A stretch of DNA of 64,000 bases from Spirochaetia bacterium (GTDB lineage: Bacteria > Spirochaetota > Spirochaetia > SZUA-6 > Bin103): the NCBI GenBank assembly GCA_965199955.1, contig CBDATQ010000001.1, forward strand, positions 1,440,001 through 1,504,000, read 5' to 3'. How positions within the stretch are numbered: position 1 is the first letter of the stretch; the number at the start of each line of letters is the position of its first letter. Both the position numbers and the translations under genes were made by a program. This document shows, one piece after another, positions 1-10,129 of this stretch. The notes under the pieces were generated by a model. It made no database searches and was not told the DNA's origin. It worked only from the letters and a program-made list of their open reading frames with translations.

Positions 1-139
1 CCGGCGCAACGCGTCCACGGTGCGGCGGTACGCCGTCAGCCCCTCTGTCGCCGCCGCGTTGCCCATCGACAAGCCATCGTGTTCCAATTCGTCGATGAGG
101 ACAACATCCCGCTACTCCGGCGCGGCAGGAGCCTGACGC

Positions 140-2107
140 ATGCTGCTTGAGAACGACATGCTGCGCGTGCAGCTCCACGACGGCATACCGGTCGTCGCGT
201 CGTACACGCACCTTCCCACAGACCAGACGCTGCTCGGCGACCCGGGCGCGACGCCACTGACGATCAACGGCGACGCGGTCGCATGGAGTGAGCTGACCGT
301 CGATCACTCCGCAACGGCGACCTCCGCGGCGTTCCACGTGTCCTACGGCGACATCTCGTTCGACTACCGGCTCGACCTGGAGGCCGATTGCCTGCGGCTG
401 CGCATCGACGGCATCTCCGGGCCGCTCGCCACGCTCGGCTTCGGCGGCTCGCCGCTGCTGCAGGTGAGCGACCCGGAGTACCGGTACGCCCGCATCTCGT
501 TCGAGGAGGACAGGGAAATCGCCAAGAAGTGGTGGCGGGAGCACTTCGGCGCGGTCGGCGGCGACAGCGACGCGTGCGACGTGATGCACGGCTGCGTCTG
601 CCACCCCGACCGGCTGTGCGCCTTCGTGCACAGCAACTTCCCGCTGCTGCCGGCGCGCCATGCCAACGGTCCCGGCGGCTACTCGGTCGCCCTCAACGAC
701 TACCGCTACCGGCTGCGTTCGCGGACGATGTGGCCGCTCGACGTGAAGGTGGTGTTCCTGCAGGACTACAACGGCGACGGCATCATGGACTGGAGCGACT
801 GGGCGCTCTGGGTCAACCGCTCCCTGCCGGACGCCGACGAGCTGTACCGCACGACCATTTCCTACAAGATCTTCCTGACGCTCAAGAACGACCAGGTGTT
901 CACCACCTACCCGCAGATGATGGAAATCGTGCGCGCCATCCACAACGTCGCTGACGGCATCCCCCAGCTCATCTACCTGGTCGGCTGGCAGAACCAGGGC
1001 CACGACGACAACTATCCGACCATGGACCGGATCAACCCGCGGCCCGGCGGCAGGCACCGTCTGCTGCGGGCCATCGACGAGTGCGAGCGGGACTACGACA
1101 CGACCGTCAGCTATCACATCAACATCGACGACGCCTATCCCGAAAGCCCGGACTGGGACCCGTCGTACATGTCCGCCGAGAGCGGCAAGCCATGCGGCGT
1201 CGTGCACACACTGGACTGGGAGCTCGGCCACTTCCGGCGGCGCATGGAAGGGATGCTGCGCATGGTGCCCGTGCCCCGGACCCTGCACGTCGACAACACC
1301 CGCATCTGCAACACGGCCGCCCGCGATTTCGACGGCATCGGCGAGCTGGAGGAGCTGTACTGCGGGCTGTTGCCCATGGCGGAGTGGCTCAAGGAGAAGG
1401 GCATCAGCCTCACCACCGAAGGCACGAACGGCATGCCCATCGACGGGACGCTGCTGTTCTCCGGGTGGTTCCACTACGACTGCGGGCTCATCGGCCGGCA
1501 GATGCTGCACCGCAAGATCGTCGGCGGCGGCGCCGGCCGCCACTTCGGCGAGCTGTACGCGCGCGACTACGCACTCGGCTCCAACATCCACGTCGACTTC
1601 GCCTACGGGCGCCGCGACGTCGTGGTCAGTTATCTGGAGGACTGGCGCGGCATGGTCGACCGGATCTACCTGGGCTCGCTCCTCTATCTCTACTTCCTGG
1701 AGCGCGAGATGGTGGTGTGCCGCGGCACCTGGCCGGACGACATCCACATGGAGTACGACGACGGCACCGTCGTGGACATCACCTCCCAGTACACCATGAC
1801 CGTCAAGCGCGGTGACATGGTGATCGCCAAGGACAACGACACGCGCTGCGTCCCGCTGGGAGACGCGCTGTACCTCTACTCACCGGTCGGCGACCGGCAG
1901 AGCTTCGTCCTGCCGCCGGAATTGCACGGCAAGCCGTTGCGGATCGTCATGCTGTCGCGGGACGGCGTCGAGGAGCACGATTTCGCGCTGCCGGCCGACG
2001 CCCACTACCACGTTAAGCACGACCGCATCGACTTCCACTGGATGGCGACCTACGTGCCGTACAAGGTGACTCTGGCGGAGCCGGCGGCCGACCCCGCGCA
2101 GGACTGA
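140..2107 (+). CDS. GH101-like (endo-alpha-N-acetylgalactosaminidase family) glycoside hydrolase, copy 1
   Basis: 655 aa; DYNGDGIMDWSD, GWQNQGHDDNYP, SYHINIDDA, LHVD (putative nucleophile), TTEG (putative acid/base); no signal peptide. Confidence 0.75.
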   Translation: MLLENDMLRVQLHDGIPVVASYTHLPTDQTLLGDPGATPLTINGDAVAWSELTVDHSATATSAAFHVSYGDISFDYRLDLEADCLRLRIDGISGPLATLGFGGSPLLQVSDPEYRYARISFEEDREIAKKWWREHFGAVGGDSDACDVMHGCVCHPDRLCAFVHSNFPLLPARHANGPGGYSVALNDYRYRLRSRTMWPLDVKVVFLQDYNGDGIMDWSDWALWVNRSLPDADELYRTTISYKIFLTLKNDQVFTTYPQMMEIVRAIHNVADGIPQLIYLVGWQNQGHDDNYPTMDRINPRPGGRHRLLRAIDECERDYDTTVSYHINIDDAYPESPDWDPSYMSAESGKPCGVVHTLDWELGHFRRRMEGMLRMVPVPRTLHVDNTRICNTAARDFDGIGELEELYCGLLPMAEWLKEKGISLTTEGTNGMPIDGTLLFSGWFHYDCGLIGRQMLHRKIVGGGAGRHFGELYARDYALGSNIHVDFAYGRRDVVVSYLEDWRGMVDRIYLGSLLYLYFLEREMVVCRGTWPDDIHMEYDDGTVVDITSQYTMTVKRGDMVIAKDNDTRCVPLGDALYLYSPVGDRQSFVLPPELHGKPLRIVMLSRDGVEEHDFALPADAHYHVKHDRIDFHWMATYVPYKVTLAEPAADPAQD

Positions 2108-2110
2108 CGC

Positions 2111-4078
2111 ATGCTGCTCGAGAACGAAACGCTGCGCGTGCAACTCCATGACGGGATTCCCGCCGTCGCGTCGTACACCCATCTCGCCACCGGCCAAGCG
2201 CTGCTCGGGGATCCGGACGCGACGCCGCTCGTGATCAACGGCGCCGCGGTCGCGTGGAGCGATCTGACCATCGATCGATCCGCAACGGCGACGGCGGCGG
2301 CATTCCACGTCACGTACGGCGACATCTCGTTCGACTGCCGGTTCGAGCTGGAGCCGGACTGCCTGCGCCTGCGCCTCGACGGTGTCTCCGGGCCGCTCGA
2401 GACGCTCGGCTTCGGCGGCTCGCCGCTGCTGCAGGTGAGCGGCCGGGACTGGCGCTACGCCCGCATCGCTGTTTCCGAGCCAAGCGAGAATGGCAAGAAG
2501 TGGTGGCGCGAGCACTTCGGCTCGGTCGGCGGCGATCAGGCCGAGTGCGACGTGATACGTGGCTGCATCTACCATCCGGACCGGCTGTGCGCCTTCGTGC
2601 ACAGCAACTTCCCGCTGCTGCCGGAGCGCCATGCCAACGGCGCCGGCGGCTATTCGGTCGCCCTCAGCGACTACGGCTACCGGGTGCGCTCACGGACGAT
2701 GTTCCCGCTCGACGTGAAGGTCGTCTTCCTGCAGGACTACAACGGCGACGGAACCATCGACTGGAGCGACTGGGCGCTCTGGGTCAACCGCACCCTGCCG
2801 GACGCCGACGATCTGTATCGCTCGACGATCTCCTACAAGATCTTCGTTACCGTCAAGAACGACCAGGTGTTCACCACGTTCCCGCAGATGACGGAGATCG
2901 TCCGCGCCATCCACAACGTCGCCGACGGTATTCCTCAGCTCATCTACATGGCCGGCTGGCAATACCAGGGGCACGACGACCGTTACCCGTCGATCGACCA
3001 GGTCAATCCGCGCGCCGGCGGCGCGCACCGTCTGCTGCGGGCCATCGACGAGTGCGAGCGAAACTACGACACGACCGTCAGCTACCACATCAACATCGAC
3101 GACGCCTATCCCGACAGCCCGGACTGGGACCCGTCCTACATGACCGCCATGGACTGGGATCCGTCGGACGGCGGGCGTCCCTGCGGCGTCGTGCACACCT
3201 TGGATTGGGAGCTCGGGCACTTTCGCCGGCGCATGGAAGCGATGATGCGCACGGTGCCCGTGGCCCGCACCCTGCACGTCGACAACACCCGCATCTGCAA
3301 TACGGCAGGCCGCGGCTTCGGCGGCATCGGTGAGCTGGAGGAGCTCTACTGCGGGTTGCTGCCCATGGCGGAGTGGTTGAAGGAGAGGGGGATCAGCCTC
3401 ACCACCGAAGGGACGAACGGCATGCCGATCGACGGGACGCTGCTGTTTTCGGGGTGGTTCCACTACGACTGCGGGCTCATCGGCCGGCAGATGCTGCACC
3501 GCAAGATGGTCGGCGGCGGCCCCGGCCGCCACTTCGGCGAGCTGTACGCGCGCGACTACGGGATCGGCTCGAACATCCACGTCGACTTCTCGTACGCGCG
3601 CCGCGAGTTCGAGGTCAGTTACCTGGAGGACTGGCGCGGCATCGTCGACCGGATCTACCTGGGCACGCTGCTCTACCTCTATTTCCTGGAGCGCGAGATG
3701 GTGGTGGCCCGCGGCACGTGGCCGGACGACGTCCACATCGAGTACGACGACGGCACCGTCGTGGACATCACGTCCCGGCACACCATGACCGTCGTACGCG
3801 GCGACATGGTGATCGCCAGGGACAACGACACGCGCTGCATCCCGCTGGGAGACACCCTGTACCTCTACTCACCGGTCGGCGACCGGCAGAGCTTCGTCCT
3901 GCCGAGCGAGTGGCACGGCAAGCCGTTGCGGATCGTCATGCTGACCCGCGACGGTGTCGAGGAGCACGACGAGGCGCTGCCCGCCCGATGGAAGTACCGG
4001 GTCGAGCACGACCGCATCGACTTCCACTGGATGCCGCCGTACGTGCCCTACAAGGTGACGCTCGCAGATCAGGCTTGA
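2111..4078 (+). CDS. GH101-like glycoside hydrolase, copy 2 (tandem paralog)
   Basis: 655 aa, collinear and highly similar to 140..2107; GWQYQGHDDRYP, LHVD, TTEG. Confidence 0.75.
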   Translation: MLLENETLRVQLHDGIPAVASYTHLATGQALLGDPDATPLVINGAAVAWSDLTIDRSATATAAAFHVTYGDISFDCRFELEPDCLRLRLDGVSGPLETLGFGGSPLLQVSGRDWRYARIAVSEPSENGKKWWREHFGSVGGDQAECDVIRGCIYHPDRLCAFVHSNFPLLPERHANGAGGYSVALSDYGYRVRSRTMFPLDVKVVFLQDYNGDGTIDWSDWALWVNRTLPDADDLYRSTISYKIFVTVKNDQVFTTFPQMTEIVRAIHNVADGIPQLIYMAGWQYQGHDDRYPSIDQVNPRAGGAHRLLRAIDECERNYDTTVSYHINIDDAYPDSPDWDPSYMTAMDWDPSDGGRPCGVVHTLDWELGHFRRRMEAMMRTVPVARTLHVDNTRICNTAGRGFGGIGELEELYCGLLPMAEWLKERGISLTTEGTNGMPIDGTLLFSGWFHYDCGLIGRQMLHRKMVGGGPGRHFGELYARDYGIGSNIHVDFSYARREFEVSYLEDWRGIVDRIYLGTLLYLYFLEREMVVARGTWPDDVHIEYDDGTVVDITSRHTMTVVRGDMVIARDNDTRCIPLGDTLYLYSPVGDRQSFVLPSEWHGKPLRIVMLTRDGVEEHDEALPARWKYRVEHDRIDFHWMPPYVPYKVTLADQA

Positions 4079-6270
4079 GGGCCCGGCTCGGCCGGCCGCT
4101 CCCAGATCGACCGCATCTCGTGAACGCGCAGGCGGTCCACGCGCACGGCGCCGCCGGCGGTCCGCAGCAGGACGGCGCCGGCGGTCTGCGGGAAGGCACA
4201 CCGGACCGGCGTGTAGTAGCGGCCGCGCGCGCTGAAGATCTCCAGGAAGATCGTGTCGACGATCAGCCGCAGGTCCAATCGGCCGTCCACCGGGGCCAGC
4301 GGTGCCCGTACGTCGTTGTCCTCCAGCGCCTCGTGGAACTGCAGTTCCATCGCCTGCAGGTCGAGCCGGATCTGTTTCCCCAGGATTTCGAGCGTCAGGG
4401 CGCCGGCGCCGGCCGGCGTCAGCTCCAGCTCGATGTCCAGGAGCCTGCCGGCGGGCCGCACCTCGAGCGGCTCGGCGTCGCTGACCACGGTGCCGTCCGG
4501 TACGCTCGCGGTGTCGAAGCGCAGGCGGTCCAGCTCGGCCACCGGGTTCTGATGGATCCGCAGGCCTTCGTCCTTGCGCCGCAGGGTCAGCTCGATCGGA
4601 AAGCTGATGAGGCTGTTCAGCATCGGGTTCAGGCCGCTGACCTGGCCCTTGGCCACCAGGATGCGCCGGCCGTCCGGCGCGTCGTTGAAGGTCTGTGACG
4701 CGTACAGGCTGCCGTCGGTGTACTTGAAGCGGATGATGTCCGTCTCCGGCACGAAGCGCGTGCCGTCGAACGTGCCCAGGTAGTAGTCGCAGCTCGCGCC
4801 GAAGAACACCCACCTGCTTGTGCCCGGCTCGTCCTGCACGGGAAGCTCGAAGAGCTCCGGGCACTCGTGCATGCCGGGCACCTGGCTCCGGAACTGCCAG
4901 TGCAGCAGATCCGTGGAGGTCATGATGAAGTGCACGTCGTTGTGGATGTAGAGCACCATGACCCAGTGCCTGCCGGGCTGATACCAGAACACTTTCGCGT
5001 CGCGGTTGCCGCGGTCGATGTTGCGGATGACCGGGTTGCCGTCCCAGGGGCGCCAGGTGCGCCCCCGGTCGGTGCTGTAGACGATGCAGACGTCCACCGA
5101 CCGGCCGTGCGACAGCCGGTTGGAGCCGCCGTAGGCGGTGTAGAAGATCACCATCGGCGTGCGGCCGGGGCTGCCCAGGCCGGACGAGTTGTGGTGGTCG
5201 ACCACGCACGAGCCGGACACGGCCACGCCCCGCTCGTCGGGCCAGAGCGTGTCGGGAAGCTCTTCCCAGTGCACGAGGTCGCGGCTGACCGCGTGGCCCC
5301 AACCCCAGTTGCAGTTCGAGTTGCCGGGCGTGACGTTGCACGGCACGTGCTGGTAGTGCAGGTGCCATTCCCCGTCGAACCAGACCAGGCCGTTGGCGTC
5401 CGAGGACGCGCCGCGGCGCGGCGCGTAGTGGAGCAGCGGCCGGCCGGGCTCCCGGTACAGGTCGTCGCAGCCGACCATCCGGTCGCCGATGCGCACGGCC
5501 GCCAGCAGGTCGGTGGCCGGCGGCGCCGCGGCGTCGGCGAGCTCTTCGATGCGCAGCGTCAGGTCCATCCCCTCCCAGGCCGACAGGTCGACCGGCACCC
5601 AGAAGTCCGGATCGTCGAGCGCGATGCTCACGGTGTTGGAGGCGACCGTGTGCCCTCCGCCGGTGAGCTGGATCTCGCGAAAGGGTGAGCGCAGGCCGAC
5701 GGGAAGGTTGAGGAAGCGGTGCCCGGCCCGGAAGCGGCGCTCCGCGAAGGTCGGCAGCGGGAGCGGCGGCGTGTCGGTCTGCGCGATCTGGTCGGCCAGG
5801 ATGTGGCCCCAGGGGCCGGTGTGCTGATCGACGATCTCCACCCGGACCTGCCTGCCCGCCAGGTCGGCAAGGTCGAACCAGTCCCACGCCAGGTGGTCCG
5901 CGCCGTCCGCCTCCCACTGGCTGCGCGGCGCCGTGCGCACGACGTGGCCGTCGTGGACGAGGTTGAGGGCGACGTAGCCGGGGTCGTTGTTGCCGTAGTA
6001 GGTGCGGCGGCCGCCGCCGATCAGGAAACTCAGGTAGCGGCGCTGCGCCGTGAACGGAGGCGAGATCAGCCGGCCGAGCGCGGGGTCGCCGCCGTGAAAG
6101 CTGGAGGCGTAACCGTCGCCGAGATAGCCGGTGACCTCCGTCTGGCCGGGCAGGACGCCGCGCACGGGCGCGGGGCCGAAGGCGGTGCCCTCGACCGTCC
6201 ACCCGCCCCAGTCGTCGCCTTCGAAGTCGGCGAGGAGGATGTCGGGCCGCGTCTGCCTGGGTGCCGCCAT
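4069..6270 (-). CDS. GH32 levanase/beta-fructosidase-like protein with N-terminal extension
   Basis: SSDANGLV, WGHAVSRDLVHW, RDAKVF, ECPELF, YASQTF motifs; ATG at 6270. Confidence 0.85.
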   Translation of the reverse strand: MAAPRQTRPDILLADFEGDDWGGWTVEGTAFGPAPVRGVLPGQTEVTGYLGDGYASSFHGGDPALGRLISPPFTAQRRYLSFLIGGGRRTYYGNNDPGYVALNLVHDGHVVRTAPRSQWEADGADHLAWDWFDLADLAGRQVRVEIVDQHTGPWGHILADQIAQTDTPPLPLPTFAERRFRAGHRFLNLPVGLRSPFREIQLTGGGHTVASNTVSIALDDPDFWVPVDLSAWEGMDLTLRIEELADAAAPPATDLLAAVRIGDRMVGCDDLYREPGRPLLHYAPRRGASSDANGLVWFDGEWHLHYQHVPCNVTPGNSNCNWGWGHAVSRDLVHWEELPDTLWPDERGVAVSGSCVVDHHNSSGLGSPGRTPMVIFYTAYGGSNRLSHGRSVDVCIVYSTDRGRTWRPWDGNPVIRNIDRGNRDAKVFWYQPGRHWVMVLYIHNDVHFIMTSTDLLHWQFRSQVPGMHECPELFELPVQDEPGTSRWVFFGASCDYYLGTFDGTRFVPETDIIRFKYTDGSLYASQTFNDAPDGRRILVAKGQVSGLNPMLNSLISFPIELTLRRKDEGLRIHQNPVAELDRLRFDTASVPDGTVVSDAEPLEVRPAGRLLDIELELTPAGAGALTLEILGKQIRLDLQAMELQFHEALEDNDVRAPLAPVDGRLDLRLIVDTIFLEIFSARGRYYTPVRCAFPQTAGAVLLRTAGGAVRVDRLRVHEMRSIWERPAEPGPQA

Positions 6271-6329
6271 CAACTGTCGCCGGCCGGACGGTGCAATGGC
6301 CGCCCGGTGCGGTCAAGCACGGTGGTCCG

Positions 6330-6533
6330 TCGCACACTGAACCGCATCGGGGTTTGCCGCGACGCCGATGGTCGCCCCAGCGTCGTCGATGCCGAGCACC
6401 AGGAGGCCGCCGGCGCCATTTGCGAAAGCACACAGCGTCCTGCCGACGCCCGCATGTCGTCGACGCCGCGCTTGAACTCGGTAGCGGCATCCTCTCCCGC
6501 GTGGACACGCCGCTCGACCTCGGCCCACTCCAT
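6330..6533 (-). pseudogene. Schlafen/AlbA_2 domain fragment, frameshifted and truncated
   Basis: MEWAEVERRVHAGEDAATEFKRG continues in another frame as VGRTLCAFANGAGGLLVLGIDDAG; frameshift near 6450. Confidence 0.75.
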
Positions 6534-6654
6534 CGTCGTCCGTGTCGGAGCATACCAGCAGCCCGGCCGGGTGATCGTCGTTGCGGGGTCAGGCAACCCT
6601 TGCCGGATGCGACATTCGCGTATACACAGAGGCCGCGCAGGAGGTCGCTACATC

Positions 6655-8757
6655 GTGCATGACGACAGGAACGACACCCCGGTGGTCCTCGATAGCCCGG
6701 AGCTGCAAGTAGAGCTGGATCCGAACCTGCCGCTGGTGAGGGGGTATCGCCACCTCCCGACCGGCCGCGCCTTCGGAGGCAGTCACGACGGGACGCTGCG
6801 CGTGAACGGAGCCGAGTTCCGCATGAGCGACCTGGAGATCGAGCCGCGCGCCATCCCCGACGGCCGCTGCTACGGCGTCTCGGTTCCCGAGCAGCGGATC
6901 GCGTTCGAGCTGGCTTTTACGCTTGCCGGTGCCACGCTGTCGCTGAGGATGCAGGACATCGACGACGAGCGCACGCCGCTTGCGAGCCTGCAGTGGGTGG
7001 ACAGTCCCCTGCTGGTCTGCGACGCCCCGGCGCTCCGCTTCTTTCGCATGTTCACGACCGAGCCCGACCAGAAAGCGATGGGCAAGATGTGGCTCCGCGA
7101 CGCCGACGGCGCCGTTCGCGACGCGCCGGACGAGGCCGAGCCGGTGCCGCTGATCTACGGCGCGCTCTACCAGCCGGAATCGGTCTGCGCGTTCCTGCAC
7201 TCCAACTACCCGTTGTTTCCGCAGTCCCATCGGATCACCGCAGGGCGGTGCGAGATTCACCTGGGCGATTACCGGCATCGGGTGCGCGACCGCGTGGTGC
7301 CGCCGCTGGAGGCTGACATCGTCTTCCTGGGCGATATCAATCAGGACGGGAGGGTGGACGCCAGCGACTACCGCCTGTGGCTCAACCGCCGGCTGCCCGA
7401 CGGCGATTCCGTGTATCGGACGTCGCTCTGGTACAAGATCCTCTGCGACATGAGCGGCCACTATCCCAAGGTGGGCGTGACCGCGACGATCGAGGAGTCC
7501 GAGCGGATCATCCGCTCGATCCATCACGTGACCGACGGCCTCCCGCAGGCCGTCTTCATGACCAACTGGAACGCCCAGCAGCCCGAAGCCGCGTACCCGG
7601 CGCTCGACCTGTACAACCACAACATCGGCACCCCGGAGGAGCTGCGCGCGCTGGCGGCGACCTGCAAGGAGCTGGGCGGACTGCTCAGCTACCACACGAA
7701 CATCGACGATGCCCACCTCACCAGCAAGGACTATGACGAGGCGCTCCTGGGCCGCCGCTACGATCCGCACGGCACGGTGTGGGACGAGAACGGCGAGGCC
7801 TGGGACGAATCGGTCATTGCCGGCATATCCCACACCCGCGACGTGGAGAGCGGGGCGATCTTCCGCCGCCTGGAGGCGATGATGCGGGTGATCCCGGTGG
7901 AGCGGACGATCCACATGGACAACATCCGGCTTACCAACTGCGACCCGGACGCCGACCCGGACGACATCGGCGTCACCGAGGAGCTGGTGTGCGGCATGCT
8001 GCCGATCGTGGAGTGGCTCCGCGACCGCGGCATCAGCGTGTCGGGTGAGGGCTACAACGGCCTGCCGATCGACCCGACGCTGCTGAACGCCGCGTTCTGG
8101 CACCACGACGCGAGCGACCTCTCGCGGCAGATCTTCCACCGCAAGGTGATGGGCGGCGGGCGCGGCGACCACTACGGCGGCGCGACGACCATGGACTACG
8201 GTATCTGCAAGTCCATCCACCAGGACATCACGTACCGCCCGGTCAGCGTCTCCGCGCTCGGCAAGGAGACGTACCTGGAGTACTTCCCGTGGCTGCATGA
8301 CCACGAGCGGGCGACCCTGTCGTTCCTGGAAAATTGGGACCTGATCGTGGATCGGATCTACCGGGGATCGCTGCTCAACCTCTTCTACCTGGAGCGGGAG
8401 ATGCTGTCGTGGGACAGAGTGGGTGACGGCGCCCGGGTCCGTTATGCGGGCGGCGTGGAAGCGCAGGTGTGCATCGACGGGCCGGATCACCTGCGTGTGA
8501 CCTGGGGCGACGTGGTGGTCGCCGATGGCGATGACCGGTTCGTGCCGCTCGGCGACGGCGTGTACTGCTACAGCCTGCTCGGCGGACGCCGCGACTGGAC
8601 GCTGCCGCCGGGGCTTCGCGGGCGGAAATTGGCGCTCTACAGCCTGAGCGCCGACGGGCGGGGACCGGCGCCCGAGCACGCGGTGGACAGGGATTACCTG
8701 ACCCTGACGCTGGCCGCCGGTGTTCCGGTCAAGGTGACCGCCGCCGGATCCGCCTGA
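6655..8757 (+). CDS. GH101-like glycoside hydrolase, divergent copy 3
   Basis: GTG start after AGGAGG; shares CAFLHSNYPL, DINQDGRVDASD, SYHTNIDDA, IHMDN, SGEG, DRIYRGSLLNLFYLERE with copies 1 and 2. Confidence 0.7.
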   Translation: MHDDRNDTPVVLDSPELQVELDPNLPLVRGYRHLPTGRAFGGSHDGTLRVNGAEFRMSDLEIEPRAIPDGRCYGVSVPEQRIAFELAFTLAGATLSLRMQDIDDERTPLASLQWVDSPLLVCDAPALRFFRMFTTEPDQKAMGKMWLRDADGAVRDAPDEAEPVPLIYGALYQPESVCAFLHSNYPLFPQSHRITAGRCEIHLGDYRHRVRDRVVPPLEADIVFLGDINQDGRVDASDYRLWLNRRLPDGDSVYRTSLWYKILCDMSGHYPKVGVTATIEESERIIRSIHHVTDGLPQAVFMTNWNAQQPEAAYPALDLYNHNIGTPEELRALAATCKELGGLLSYHTNIDDAHLTSKDYDEALLGRRYDPHGTVWDENGEAWDESVIAGISHTRDVESGAIFRRLEAMMRVIPVERTIHMDNIRLTNCDPDADPDDIGVTEELVCGMLPIVEWLRDRGISVSGEGYNGLPIDPTLLNAAFWHHDASDLSRQIFHRKVMGGGRGDHYGGATTMDYGICKSIHQDITYRPVSVSALGKETYLEYFPWLHDHERATLSFLENWDLIVDRIYRGSLLNLFYLEREMLSWDRVGDGARVRYAGGVEAQVCIDGPDHLRVTWGDVVVADGDDRFVPLGDGVYCYSLLGGRRDWTLPPGLRGRKLALYSLSADGRGPAPEHAVDRDYLTLTLAAGVPVKVTAAGSA

Positions 8758-10097
8758 TGGCGACTCGGGCGGGCGGCGTCCCGGTCCCGGCCAATCCCAG
8801 CTCGCCGCTGCACTTCCGGCCCGCGCGCGGCAGGATATGCGACACCATCCCGTTCTTCGACGACGGCGAATACCACATCTTCTACATCCGCTGTGACACC
8901 GAGGGCGGGTTGCCGTGGGACCACATCGTCTCCCGCGACCTCGTGCACTGGCACGAGCTGCCCACCGCCCTGGAGCGGGATCCGAACGACCCGCACGGCC
9001 CGGACGGACGGGACATGTTCACCGGTTGCGTCGTCGAGTACGACGGCGTGTTCCACATCTTCTACACCGGCCACAACCCGGTGAACCCCGACGGCGCCGA
9101 GATCATCTGCCACGCCACCAGCGACGATCTGGTGACCTGGCACAAGCACCGCGAGCACTGCTTCGCCCCGGACGGCGCCGTCTACCATCCGTGCGACTTC
9201 CGCGATCCGTTCGTGTTCCGGCACGAGGAGTCCGGTGAGTGGTGGATGCTGCTGTGCGCCGGGTTGGCCGGCTCGGACTGCTCCGGCATCGGCCGGCTGG
9301 TATCGACCGACCTGGTGTCCTGGAAGCCGGCGGAGCCGCTACTGCTCGACCCGCCGTTGCTGGAGGGCGAGACCGGAGCACCCGAGTGCCCGGACCTGTT
9401 CCGCATCGGCGACTACTGGCATCTGCTCTACACGCGGCGGGGGCAGAACATCCGCCGCGCGCGCCACGTCGACGGACCCTTCATGCACGGGGTTCCGTCC
9501 CAGCTCGACAACACCCTGCTGCTGGCCGGAAAGCGCCTGTTCGACGGCACGCGCCACATCTACTTCGGTCCGCTGTTCGGAGACCACAACGATTCGGTGA
9601 TGAACCTCCCGCGCGAGCTCTTCCAGGGCGACGACGGCCATCTGCGCGTTCGTCCGGTCCGGGAAGTGGTGGACTTCTTCGTCGCAGTCGTCCACGAGTC
9701 GGCGGACGGCGGTTTCGACCTGCCTGCAACCGGCTATCGTTGCCCGGTGCCCGCGGACTGCCTGGTGCGGTGCTCGGTCGAGCTCGCGGAGGACACAACC
9801 CTCACCATCGGCCTGCGCGCCGACGCCGACGGCAGCGGCGGCATCCCGGTCACGGTCCATGCCGGCCGCCGTTCGCTGGAGATCGGCCCGTACCACCGGA
9901 GCTGGGGCGACGCCGCGCTGCCGGTTATCACGTTGCAGATCTTCGTGCTCGGCACGGTCATCGAGTGCTTTCTCGACGACCGCCTGGCCATGGTCGGGCG
10001 CACCTACGAACGAAGCGGCGGCTACCTGTCGATCGCCAGCCACGGAGGCGCGGCCCGAGTGCTCGCGCTTGAGGTACGCGAAGCGCCCGACGCGTGA
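8757..10097 (+). CDS. GH32-family (five-bladed beta-propeller) glycoside hydrolase
   Basis: CDTIPFF, WDHIVSRDLVHW, FTGCV, FRDP, ECPDLF; start overlaps upstream stop. Confidence 0.8.
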   Translation: MATRAGGVPVPANPSSPLHFRPARGRICDTIPFFDDGEYHIFYIRCDTEGGLPWDHIVSRDLVHWHELPTALERDPNDPHGPDGRDMFTGCVVEYDGVFHIFYTGHNPVNPDGAEIICHATSDDLVTWHKHREHCFAPDGAVYHPCDFRDPFVFRHEESGEWWMLLCAGLAGSDCSGIGRLVSTDLVSWKPAEPLLLDPPLLEGETGAPECPDLFRIGDYWHLLYTRRGQNIRRARHVDGPFMHGVPSQLDNTLLLAGKRLFDGTRHIYFGPLFGDHNDSVMNLPRELFQGDDGHLRVRPVREVVDFFVAVVHESADGGFDLPATGYRCPVPADCLVRCSVELAEDTTLTIGLRADADGSGGIPVTVHAGRRSLEIGPYHRSWGDAALPVITLQIFVLGTVIECFLDDRLAMVGRTYERSGGYLSIASHGGAARVLALEVREAPDA

Positions 10098-10129
10098 GCG
10101 TCCCGCGGAATCGCCGAGCGGCCTCCCCG

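Noticed and set aside
140..4078. Diversity-generating retroelement template/variable repeat pair
   Set aside because: Differences are not adenine-specific, both copies are full genes, and no reverse transcriptase is present
3869..6553. 894 aa minus-strand ORF and many other long Arg/Pro/Gly-rich or antisense ORFs
   Set aside because: Shadow frames of real high-GC genes with no recognisable motifs
5719..6654. N-terminal 312 aa of the 1012 aa ORF
   Set aside because: Antisense to the GH32 gene; the RBS and homology to copies 1 and 2 place the start at 6655
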